Positions 52,381 to 61,852 of a DNA stretch of 64,000 nt are shown here, piece after piece. The notes under the pieces are model-generated. The model worked only from the letters and a program-made list of their open reading frames with translations, did not search any database and had not been told where the DNA came from. The stretch is taken from contig JAVRCJ020000019.1 of the NCBI GenBank assembly GCA_034530875.2, positions 64,001 through 128,000 of the forward strand, given 5' to 3'. The translations under genes and the position numbers were made by a program. This DNA is from Nostoc sp. DedSLP01. GTDB taxonomy: Bacteria > Cyanobacteriota > Cyanobacteriia > Cyanobacteriales > Nostocaceae. The number at the start of each line of letters is the position of its first letter. The first letter of the stretch is position 1.

Positions 52381-53483
52381 GAAACAATGAACCGACTTTA
52401 GTAATTTGGTTAGCCTATAGCGAAGAACTTTGCGAACAAGCAGTTACAGAATTTCAAAAAGCCTGGGACAGTTTAGGCGATAACTTCGTTAAGCTTCGCT
52501 AACGCCCCCTCTCAACTTACCGCTTTTGGGGCAACCATGAATTAGACTTAGCACAAGCGCAAGATGGCTTAGTAGTAGCAGGATTAGCCAAAGTCTATCA
52601 CGCCGCCAAAAAGAGTATTCGCTTTATTAATCAACTGGGTGTGCGTTATTCCTTGGTAATTATCGACGAAGCCCATCAAGCAGTTGCCGAAACTTATAAA
52701 CTCGTCTTAGATGCTTTAGTTGTCCCCTACGAAAAAACCGCCTTATTAGGTTTAACCGCCACACCCGGACGGACTTGGGCTGATATTAACACCGATGCAC
52801 AACTAGCAAAATTCTTCGCCCAACAGAAAGTTACTTTAGAAATCCCAGGTTATGACAACCCCATTGATTATCTCGTCGATCGCCAATATCTCGCTAAAGT
52901 TAACTATCGCTCATTATTTTACCAAACGGGTATCGAACTAACTCCCCAAGACCTGAAGCGGATTAATACAGAATTAGACATACCCCAATATATCCTCAAT
53001 CGCTTAGCAGCAGACGAACAACGCAACCTCCGCATCATCCTCGAACTCGAAGCACTCGCCCAACATCATCAACGCATCATCGTTTTTAATACCTCCGTCG
53101 AACACGCCCGACTCATCGCTGGAATTTTGCGTTTGCGAGGATTTAATGCTGATGCAGTTACAGGTGAAACCCCCAAATCAGACAGAGAACGGCTGATTCA
53201 AAGCTTTAAAGACGAACAGCCGCAAACCAAGATTTTATGTAACTACGGCGTTTTAACCACTGGCTTCGATGCACCCAAAACCAGCGCCGCCGTTATCGCC
53301 CGTCCCACCAAATCCCTTGTCCTCTACAGCCAAATGGTAGGACGCGCCATTCGCGGACTCAAAGCTGGGGGTAACGCTACCGCCGAAATTGTCACGGTTG
53401 TGGATAGCCAACTCCCCGGTTTTGGTTCAGTTGCATCAGCCTTCCACAATTGGGAAGACGTTTGGAGGAAAACCCATGAATAA
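52377..53483 (+). pseudogene. SF2 DEAH-box helicase, 5'-truncated and interrupted by an in-frame stop
   Basis: WLAYSEELCEQA (motif Ia), TAA at 52500-52502, IIDEAH, GLTATPGR, LTTGFDAP, QMVGRAIR; no Walker A. Confidence 0.85.
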
Positions 53484-55299
53484 CGCCCATGATATCGTTC
53501 CGACTCACCTCGCCGTCCAAGCCATGCGCGATAACGGTTATAAGAACGCCGCTTATGCGATCGCCGAATTAATGGATAATGCCATTCAAGCTGGTGCATC
53601 GCAAGTAGAACTGCTGTGTGGCGAACGCAAACAACAGGTGGAGGGGAGGAGGCGATCGCGTATCGAACAAATCGCAGTGTTAGATAATGGTCGTGGTATG
53701 GATGCTAACGTTTTACGTCTAGCCCTGCAATTTGGCAATGGTACATATTTAGATGAAGACAAACACACCGGAATCGGTCGTTTTGGAATGGGTTTACCGT
53801 CTTCGTCTATTTCCCAATGTCAGAGAGTTGATGTATGGTCATGGCAAAATGGCATAGAAAATGCACTCCATACTTACCTTGATTTAGATGAAATCAAAAA
53901 TCGACGGTTGACAGAAGTACCAGAACCTACGCCTCAACCAATTCCGATGATTTGGAGAAACATCGGTCAGAAATTTGGTGACAACGGCACATTAGTAGTA
54001 TGGTCAAAAATTGACCGTTGTATATGGCGAACCGGAAAAGCAATTATTGATAACTCCGAATTTGTGATTGGGAGAATGTATCGCAAATTTATCAATAGCG
54101 GCGAAGTTAAAATTCGCATGGTGGCGTTTGATTTAGAGGCTTTATATAACCTAATTCTAGAAAAATATGCCTTACCTAATGACCCAGGTTATTTAATAGA
54201 AAAAACCTCATGCTCTCAACCATTTGATAATCAAGCAATGTTCCGATATTGGGAGGGCGATACATCTTATGAAGCAACTTATAAAATTAATTTTAAAGAT
54301 AAAGAACATGACGTAAAAGTGCGTTTCTCTTATGCGAAAGAAGAAGCACGCCAAGCTGAACCAGGAAAACAACCCGGTAGTTTGCCACACGGACAACATG
54401 CAGGTAAAAATGTAGGAGTTTCGATTGTACGTGCTGAACGAGAATTAGAATTAGATATAGGAGTAGTTAATGCTTCCGATCCAAGAGAAAGATGGTGGGG
54501 AGTAGAAGTAGAATTTCCACCATCCCTTGATGAGATTTTTGGAGTTACTAATAATAAACAGTCAGCCCGTAATTTCAGTGAACTTCTCAGATTTGATATT
54601 GAGTCTTTACTAGAGGATGGAAAAACTATTACTCAAATTAAAGAAGAACTTGAAGAAGAAGGAGATCCAAAAAGTTCGCTTTTAATTATTGCTGATAAAA
54701 TTAATAATCAAATTAAAATTATTCGTCGTTTGCTGCAAGCACAAACAAAAGGTACTCGTACTAATACTGAAAAACGCCACGACCCCTATAAACCGGAAAA
54801 AGTAGCAACTACCGTAACTCAAGAACGTAAATCACAGGGTTACAAAGGTCAAAGTGATATAGATGAACAATTACCAAAAGAAGAACGCAAACAAGTTATT
54901 AAAGAAACTTTGAAAGAAGAAGGAGTTACAGAAACCAAGACCGAATTATTAGCAGCAACTACAGTAGATGATGGTTTAAAATATACCTTTGTCGAATCTC
55001 CTCTTGATACTCCTGCTTTCTTCTCAGTTAAACCCAGAGGAGGAGCAATTATTGTGACATTAAATACTAATCATCCTGCTTATCAAAACTTAGTAGAAAT
55101 TTTAGAAGAAGATGTAGATAAAGCTGATATAGATACCTTACGTTCTCGGTTAGTTAACTCTTTGGATGGTTTAAAATTACTATTAATGGCATGGGCAAGA
55201 TATGAGGATGAACAGCCAGATGGTAAACGCAAAGATAATGCTCAAGACACCCGCATTGATTGGGGGAGGGTTGCTAGGAGGTTTTTAGAGAATGAATAG
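53476..55299 (+). CDS. GHKL (MutL/MORC-like) ATPase
   Basis: AIAELMDNAIQA, DNGRGM, IGRFGMGL, GTLV, FGVTNNKQ, LNTNHP; start overlaps the helicase stop. Confidence 0.85.
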   Translation: MNNAHDIVPTHLAVQAMRDNGYKNAAYAIAELMDNAIQAGASQVELLCGERKQQVEGRRRSRIEQIAVLDNGRGMDANVLRLALQFGNGTYLDEDKHTGIGRFGMGLPSSSISQCQRVDVWSWQNGIENALHTYLDLDEIKNRRLTEVPEPTPQPIPMIWRNIGQKFGDNGTLVVWSKIDRCIWRTGKAIIDNSEFVIGRMYRKFINSGEVKIRMVAFDLEALYNLILEKYALPNDPGYLIEKTSCSQPFDNQAMFRYWEGDTSYEATYKINFKDKEHDVKVRFSYAKEEARQAEPGKQPGSLPHGQHAGKNVGVSIVRAERELELDIGVVNASDPRERWWGVEVEFPPSLDEIFGVTNNKQSARNFSELLRFDIESLLEDGKTITQIKEELEEEGDPKSSLLIIADKINNQIKIIRRLLQAQTKGTRTNTEKRHDPYKPEKVATTVTQERKSQGYKGQSDIDEQLPKEERKQVIKETLKEEGVTETKTELLAATTVDDGLKYTFVESPLDTPAFFSVKPRGGAIIVTLNTNHPAYQNLVEILEEDVDKADIDTLRSRLVNSLDGLKLLLMAWARYEDEQPDGKRKDNAQDTRIDWGRVARRFLENE

Positions 55300-55406
55300 G
55301 ATTAAATCTCGCGCAAAGGCGCAAAGACGCAAAGAGGTTAGAGAGTTGTGATGATAATTCTCTGCGTTACTTTGCGTTTCCTTCGCGTTCCTCTGCGTTT
55401 AAAAAA

Positions 55407-56555
55407 ATGACTAACATAATCTACCTAGATTACCACTCAACTACTCCCGTTGACCCCAAAGTAGCCGAGAAAGTCATACACTATATGACTACTGCTTTTG
55501 GTAATGCTAATAGTGTAGATCATAATTATGGAGATGAAGCAGCAAAAGCAGTTAAACAAGCCCGTCAACAAATAGCCCAATTAATTAATGCCTCTCCCAA
55601 AGAAATTATCTTTACCTCTGGTGCAACAGAAAGTATTAACTTAGCAATTCAAGGACATATTAATAAACAAAATACTCCTGGTAAAATTATTGTTTCCCCA
55701 GTGGAACACAAAGCCGTTTTAGATACCTGCAAAGCATTAGCTAAAAAAGGATTGGCGGAAATTATTTGGTTAAAAGTCAATCGACAAGCGCAGATTGATT
55801 TAGAACATCTAGAAAAAGTTTGTGCTGATGGTGCTTCTTTACTCTGCGTGATGGCGGCTAACAATGAAGTCGGGACAATTTACCCAATAGAAAAAATTGG
55901 GGCGACCGCTCAAAAATATCATATCCCTTTCCTATGCGATGCTTCCCAAGCCGTCGGTAAAATTCCCCTCAACTTTCAAGACTGGGGTATTACCTATCTC
56001 GCTATTTCCGGCCATAAATTTTATGCACCTCAAGGTGTTGGTGCGTTAGTAGTCAGAAAAGGTTACCATCTTCAACCACTTATCTATGGTGGCGGACATC
56101 AACAGGGACTCAGATCCGGTACACTAAATGTCCCCGGAATCGTGGGTTTGGGGGAAGCTTGCAGATTGAGACAATTAGAAATGTCAGCAGATGAAAGTGC
56201 GATCGCCATTTTGCGAAATCGACTGCAAAACCTCTTGCAATCTGGAATTCCTGGCTTAGTGGTGAATGGAGACTTAAACAACCGTTTATCAGGTAACTTA
56301 CATATTTCTATCCCCGATATTCTCAATAGTGCCATCATTGCTAGAGTCCGCCACCAATTAGCTATCTCTGGTGGTGCAGCTTGTTCGTCAGGTGTGGTTG
56401 CACCATCTCACGTTTTACAAGCTATGAATCTATCAGACAATATAATTGAAGGAGCATTGAGAATTGGTATTGGCAAATTTACTACCACAGCAGAAATTGA
56501 AAAAGTATCTTCTCTGCTCATCAATACAGTAAATCAAATTCGTAAAATCGTCTAA
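55407..56555 (+). CDS. Cysteine desulfurase (IscS/DndA/SspA-like)
   Basis: YLDYHSTTP, FTSGATES, EHKAV, SGHK, GAACSSG. Confidence 0.93.
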   Translation: MTNIIYLDYHSTTPVDPKVAEKVIHYMTTAFGNANSVDHNYGDEAAKAVKQARQQIAQLINASPKEIIFTSGATESINLAIQGHINKQNTPGKIIVSPVEHKAVLDTCKALAKKGLAEIIWLKVNRQAQIDLEHLEKVCADGASLLCVMAANNEVGTIYPIEKIGATAQKYHIPFLCDASQAVGKIPLNFQDWGITYLAISGHKFYAPQGVGALVVRKGYHLQPLIYGGGHQQGLRSGTLNVPGIVGLGEACRLRQLEMSADESAIAILRNRLQNLLQSGIPGLVVNGDLNNRLSGNLHISIPDILNSAIIARVRHQLAISGGAACSSGVVAPSHVLQAMNLSDNIIEGALRIGIGKFTTTAEIEKVSSLLINTVNQIRKIV

Positions 56556-56612
56556 AAATATACAAAAAACAAATTATTATTCAGTTGGCTTCCATATCTA
56601 TAGGAGAGTTTT

Positions 56613-56798
56613 ATGAATCGTTCAAAATTAGTTGCCATTCTGACAGGTGCGATTTCTATTATTTTAGCGATCGCCTACCTCATCCTGGTTCAACTGCTGG
56701 ACTACCGGGACATGAAACCTGCCCCCATCAGCCAATTCGACCAAACACCTATGATGATTTCTAGTTTTTGGCAGATTGACAAAATTGCACAAATATAA
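56613..56798 (+). CDS. Small membrane protein
   Basis: AGGAG RBS; single TM, YLILVQLLD.R.MKPAP. Confidence 0.65.
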   Translation: MNRSKLVAILTGAISIILAIAYLILVQLLDYRDMKPAPISQFDQTPMMISSFWQIDKIAQI

Positions 56799-57075
56799 TT
56801 CATATTTAGCCAACCTGTAGAGACGCGATTCATCGCGTCTTTTGCCATTTTATTGATGCGATTCATCATCTCTGTTGATTTATGGCGGTTCTCGTTGAAA
56901 TATCTATTAAAGAGGGGCGCACAGTTTAGTTAGCTGTGTGCCTCTCTTTAATATAAATAGATAAAACCAATGATATAGCAACAGCCAACGTGGTTAGGAC
57001 ATTAACAGATGATAAAACTTAGACACAACAAGACTTTTCGCCCAGTCCCCAGTTACTAGTCCCCAGTCCCTTACT

Positions 57076-57135
57076 ATAGCTATCGGTTAATGCCACATCT
57101 AAATTCATAGATAAAAAACAATAGCTATTATTTAT
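57076..57135. promoter_or_regulatory. Possible LysR (NdhR/CcmR-type) sites upstream of ndhF3
   Basis: Imperfect ATAG-N8-CTAT-like boxes: atag-ctatcggt-taat (57076) and atag-ataaaaaa-caat (57107). Confidence 0.35.
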
Positions 57136-57349
57136 GTAATAAATGGTAAACATATAAGATTTAGTTACCTTAATTATCTTAGATTTATTTAAGTAAAGTA
57201 ATTCCATTTGGACGCAGATAACGGTAAGCTGTTTTTAACAAAATTAAATAAATATAAATTCGCATGATTGGCGAATGCTAAATTTACAGGGATCAACGCA
57301 AGTTGGTTCCGAACGCCAAAATTTTGATGAAATATATAGAGGTTTATTG

Positions 57350-59209
57350 ATGGCTCAGTTTCTACTAGAGACTGTTTGGCTAGTTCCTTGCTATGCCTTA
57401 ATAGGTGGATTGTTAGCGGTACCTTGGTCGCCGGGGATAATTCGCAAAACAGGCCCAAGGCCGGCAGGCTATGTCAACTTGATAATGACATTTTTCGCTT
57501 TTGTACATAGTGTAATTGCCTTACAAGCAACTTGGAATTATCCTCCCCAAGAAGTATTTATCCCTTGGTTATCTACCGCAGGTTTAGATTTGACTATCGC
57601 CCTAGACATATCTTCTATTAGTGTCGGCGCTTTAGTCGTAATTACTGGTTTGAATTTGCTGGCGCAGATTTATGCCATTGGCTACATGGAAATGGATTGG
57701 GGCTGGGGACGCTTCTATTCCTTATTGGGATTATTTGAAGCGGGACTTTGTGCCCTGGCTTTATGTAATAACTTGTTCTTCAGCTATGTAATTTTGGAAA
57801 TCCTAACGCTGGGAACTTACCTGTTAGTCGGCTTATGGTTTAGCCAACCTTTGGTAGTCACAGGTGCAAGAGACGCTTTCTTAACCAAACGGGTGGGAGA
57901 CTTATTCTTGCTGATAGGTGTGTTGGGGTTATGGCCTCTAGCTGGAACTTGGAATTACACAGAGTTAGCTGAGTGGGCGGCTACAGCCAACGTCAACCCA
58001 ACAGTAATTACATTGGTGAGTTTAGCTTTAATTGCCGGGCCGATGGGTAAATGCGCTCAGTTTCCGTTGCATCTATGGTTGGATGAGGCGATGGAAGGCC
58101 CTGTTCCCAGTACGATTTTGCGGAACTCGGTAGTAGTTGCTAGTGGTGCATGGGTGTTGATTAAACTGCAACCTGTGTTAAGTCTATCACCCATAGTTTC
58201 CTCAGCAATGGTAGCGATTGGTGCGGTTACAGCGCTTGGTGCTTCGTTAATTGCGATCGCTCAAATCGATATGAAACGCTGTCAATCCTATTCTGTCAGC
58301 GCATACATGGGTTTAGTATTCATCGCTGTAGGGGTGCAACAAGATGAAGCTGCACTATTGTTAGTCCTTACCCACGCCATCTCCGCAGCATTGTTGGTAA
58401 TGAGTACTGGCGGAATTATCTGGAATAGCATCACCCAAGACGTAACTCAAATGGGTGGACTGTGGAAACGCCGCCCAATTTCCGGAATCGCCTTTATCAT
58501 TGGCAGTTTGGGGTTAATTGGTTGTCCACCATTGGGTAGCTTCTGGGCGCTGATGGAATTGGCTGATGACTTATGGGTAACCCAACCTTGGTTAGTGGGA
58601 GTATTAATCGCCGTAAATGCTTTGACAGCCGTAAGTTTAACGAGAGAATTCGCTTTACTTTTTGGCGGTAAACCCAGACAAATGACCGAGCGATCGCCTG
58701 AAGCTCACTGGCCGATGGTTCTGCCGATGATGATTCTACTTGGCTTTAGTCTGCATCTTCCTATCATTTTGCAAAACTTATCACTTTTACCAGATTGGCT
58801 AAGCCTAAATAAAGACGTTGCACTACTTTTAAATTGGTCGAGTCTTTTTGGTTGCGCTATCACTGGTGTGATTTATTTCAGCAATATTCCCAAACCAATT
58901 CGTTTACCTTGGAAAGGTTTACAAGACTTAATCGCCTACGATTTTTATACCCCCAATATCTATCGGATGACGATTATTTTCACCGTTGCCCAAATTTCTC
59001 AATTAGCCGATATGATTGACCGCTTCGTAGTCGATGGCATTGTGAATTTTGTCGGTTTATTTTCCCTATTGGGTGGCGAAAGTTTGAAATACAGTACCTC
59101 AGGACAAACTCAGTTTTATGCCTTCACGGTACTTTTAGGAGTGAGTGTTTTAGGAATGTGGATAACTTGGCCATTTTGGGGAATACAGTTTTTAGATATG
59201 ATTTTCTAA
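57350..59209 (+). CDS. ndhF3: NDH-1 subunit F3 (CO2 uptake)
   Basis: TGPRPAGY, KCAQFPLHLWLDEAMEGP, YDFYT; co-operonic with cupA. Confidence 0.9.
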   Translation: MAQFLLETVWLVPCYALIGGLLAVPWSPGIIRKTGPRPAGYVNLIMTFFAFVHSVIALQATWNYPPQEVFIPWLSTAGLDLTIALDISSISVGALVVITGLNLLAQIYAIGYMEMDWGWGRFYSLLGLFEAGLCALALCNNLFFSYVILEILTLGTYLLVGLWFSQPLVVTGARDAFLTKRVGDLFLLIGVLGLWPLAGTWNYTELAEWAATANVNPTVITLVSLALIAGPMGKCAQFPLHLWLDEAMEGPVPSTILRNSVVVASGAWVLIKLQPVLSLSPIVSSAMVAIGAVTALGASLIAIAQIDMKRCQSYSVSAYMGLVFIAVGVQQDEAALLLVLTHAISAALLVMSTGGIIWNSITQDVTQMGGLWKRRPISGIAFIIGSLGLIGCPPLGSFWALMELADDLWVTQPWLVGVLIAVNALTAVSLTREFALLFGGKPRQMTERSPEAHWPMVLPMMILLGFSLHLPIILQNLSLLPDWLSLNKDVALLLNWSSLFGCAITGVIYFSNIPKPIRLPWKGLQDLIAYDFYTPNIYRMTIIFTVAQISQLADMIDRFVVDGIVNFVGLFSLLGGESLKYSTSGQTQFYAFTVLLGVSVLGMWITWPFWGIQFLDMIF

Positions 59210-59276
59210 AGTTCCATATTTGGCTAGTTAATACTCGTTTTTTACAACCTGATTTTAATAGTGTGAGGAGGATTTT

Positions 59277-60020
59277 ATGAGCATACAACATCCCGAAGTT
59301 AATGTTAGTCGCAGAAATTTATTGAAGTTGGGTGCAGGTGCTATTGGTACAGGGGTAATGACAGTTGGACTTGGTTCCAACTTGGTTGCACCCGAACAAT
59401 CTTTAGCACAACAACCTCCGGCAAAAGAACCTGCAAAAGAAGATGAAATAACACCTGATAAAGCATTGCAAGAATTACTAGATGGAAACGATCGCTTTGT
59501 TAAAAGCAAACGTAAAAATCCCAACCAAAGTTATTCGCGTTTAGCTGAAGTTGCCAAAGGGCAAAAACCCTTTGCTTCTATTCTAGGTTGTGCAGATTCA
59601 CGAGTTCCTTCTGAGATTATTTTTGACCAAGGGCTGGGAGATTTATTTGTTTGCCGTGTAGCTGGTAATATTGCGACTACAGAAGAAATTGGTAGCCTAG
59701 AGTTTGGCAGTTTAGTATTAGGTACGAAAGTAATTTTCGTAGTGGGGCATGAAAGATGCGGCGCTGTAGATGCCACAATCAAAGGCGCTCAAGTACCAGG
59801 TAGAATTGGTAGTTTGATTGAGGCAATCAGACTAGGTGTAGAAAGGTCTAAAAATCAACCAGGCGATAAACTAGAAAATGCTTGTAAGGCCAATGTTTTA
59901 GTGCAAGTTGAAACATTGAAATCATCGTCAGTTTTATCCGAGCTGATCGATGCAGGAAAACTCAAGATAGTCGGTGGTTACTACGATTTGGATACTGGTA
60001 GAGTCACCCTGGTCGGTTAG
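59277..60020 (+). CDS. Tat-exported beta-carbonic anhydrase (EcaB-like)
   Basis: SRRNLLK twin-Arg signal; GCADSR, RVAGN, GHERCGAV zinc ligands. Confidence 0.92.
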   Translation: MSIQHPEVNVSRRNLLKLGAGAIGTGVMTVGLGSNLVAPEQSLAQQPPAKEPAKEDEITPDKALQELLDGNDRFVKSKRKNPNQSYSRLAEVAKGQKPFASILGCADSRVPSEIIFDQGLGDLFVCRVAGNIATTEEIGSLEFGSLVLGTKVIFVVGHERCGAVDATIKGAQVPGRIGSLIEAIRLGVERSKNQPGDKLENACKANVLVQVETLKSSSVLSELIDAGKLKIVGGYYDLDTGRVTLVG

Positions 60021-60131
60021 TTTTTTCATCCATAGTCATCGGTCGTTATTTAATAAATAAAGAATAATCGATCGATGACTATGGATAAATAACAACAGAC
60101 AAATGATAAAAAACAAAGGGCAAAAATTATC

Positions 60132-61631
60132 ATGTTAAGTATTTTAATTTGGTTACCAATAATTGCTGCTATTTTCATAGCAATATTACCTGTAAATATT
60201 CCTAAGCATCGCATCAGGTTAGCAGCATTATACTTGTCTGGGCTAGTTTTTTTATGGAACATTATTATCTTACTGAAGTTTGATATTACAAACCCAGGGA
60301 TGCAATTTAAAGAATATTTACCGTGGAATGAAACCCTTGGGTTGAGCTATCAATTAGGTGTTGATGGGCTTTCTATATTAATGTTGGTGTTAAATAGCCT
60401 GCTCACCTGGATTTCTATTTACAGCAGCAGTAAAGAAACCGAACGTCCCCGGCTGTTTTACTCGATGGTTTTATTAGTGAGTGGAGGAGTTGCAGGTGCT
60501 TTCTTAGCAGAAAATCTGCTGTTATTCTTCCTATTCTACGAACTAGAATTAATTCCCTTCTACTTACTAATCTCGATTTGGGGAGGGGAAAAACGGGCTT
60601 ATGCCGGAATTAAATTCCTGATTTATACTGCTGTTTCCGGAGCATTAATTCTGGCAACATTCTTAGGGATGGTATGGTTGAGTGGTTCTACCAATTTTAG
60701 TTTTGATGCATTCTCTACAGCAAACCTTTCAACAACCAAGCAAATCCTTTTATTAGCAGGAATAGTTTTAGGTTTTGGTATCAAAATTCCCTTGGTTCCC
60801 TTCCATACTTGGTTACCTGATGCTTACGTTGAAGCTTCAGCACCAATTGCGATGCTTTTGGGTGGCGTGTTGGCAAAGCTGGGAACTTATGGACTGTTGC
60901 GATTTGGGTTGGGTATGTTTCCCCAAGCTTGGAGTACTATTGCACCGACTTTAGCAATTTGGGGAGCAGTCAGCGCTATTTATGGGGCAGTAATTGCGAT
61001 CGCTCAAAAAGATATCAAGCGCATGGTAGCATATAGCTCCATCGGTCACATGGGTTATGTATTGCTAGCTAGTGCCGCCAGCACTCCCCTAGCACTCGTT
61101 GGTGCAGTCGCCCAAATGTTCAGCCACGGTATCATCCTGGCAATTCTCTTTCATTTGGTGGGAGTCGTGGAAGCCAAAGTCGGGACCCGCGAGTTAGATA
61201 AACTCAATGGTTTGATGAGTCCCATCCGTGGTTTACCTTTAATTAGCGCCTTACTAGTTTTAAGCGGTATGGCTAGCGCAGGTATTCCCGGTTTAACAGG
61301 ATTTGTCGCTGAATTTATCGTCTTTCAAGGCAGCTTTTCTGTCTTTCCTCTCTCAACAATTTTGTGTGTAGTAGCTAGTGGCTTAACCGCAGTTTATTTT
61401 GTGATTCTTCTCAACCGTACCTGTTTTGGCAGACTTGATAACTTAGCTTACTATCCCAAAGTCCTTTGGTCTGAGAAAATACCAGCTTTAATTTTGGCAG
61501 TTTTCATCATCTTTTTGGGAATACAACCCACTTGGTTAGTACGTTGGAGTGAAACCACAACTACAACAATGGTAGCTGCAATTCAACCCATAGAAAAAAC
61601 GACAAATTCTCAAGTAGCAGGGAATTATTAA
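60132..61631 (+). CDS. ndhD3: NDH-1 subunit D3
   Basis: GVDGLS, FYELELIP, KIPLVPFHTWLPDAY, AYSSIGHMG, NRTCFG. Confidence 0.9.
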   Translation: MLSILIWLPIIAAIFIAILPVNIPKHRIRLAALYLSGLVFLWNIIILLKFDITNPGMQFKEYLPWNETLGLSYQLGVDGLSILMLVLNSLLTWISIYSSSKETERPRLFYSMVLLVSGGVAGAFLAENLLLFFLFYELELIPFYLLISIWGGEKRAYAGIKFLIYTAVSGALILATFLGMVWLSGSTNFSFDAFSTANLSTTKQILLLAGIVLGFGIKIPLVPFHTWLPDAYVEASAPIAMLLGGVLAKLGTYGLLRFGLGMFPQAWSTIAPTLAIWGAVSAIYGAVIAIAQKDIKRMVAYSSIGHMGYVLLASAASTPLALVGAVAQMFSHGIILAILFHLVGVVEAKVGTRELDKLNGLMSPIRGLPLISALLVLSGMASAGIPGLTGFVAEFIVFQGSFSVFPLSTILCVVASGLTAVYFVILLNRTCFGRLDNLAYYPKVLWSEKIPALILAVFIIFLGIQPTWLVRWSETTTTTMVAAIQPIEKTTNSQVAGNY

Positions 61632-61852
61632 GAGGAGTCAGAATTCAGAATTCAGAATATTCTTCAGAGGAGAAGTTTTAATTAGGAATAATGTTTAAAA
61701 TTTGTCTCACCTACCAGCAGGAAGATTTTAAACCAATATTTAAAACTTAGCCTCTCACCTAGTTTGACAGAATGCTGAATTCTGAATCCTGAGTTCTAAA
61801 TTCTTTTTCATATTATTTAGTCAAGAATTAATAACACCAATTAACAACCACC

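Noticed and set aside
55407..56555. Housekeeping iscS/nifS
   Set aside because: No isc, suf or nif neighbours; co-oriented at the end of the DUF4007 island, so a DndA/SspA-like role is preferred.
44409..56612. Integrase and attR duplication of the tRNA-Pro 3' end
   Set aside because: No integrase ORF, and no second copy of the tRNA 3' end was seen by eye; island boundaries are inferred from gene content only.
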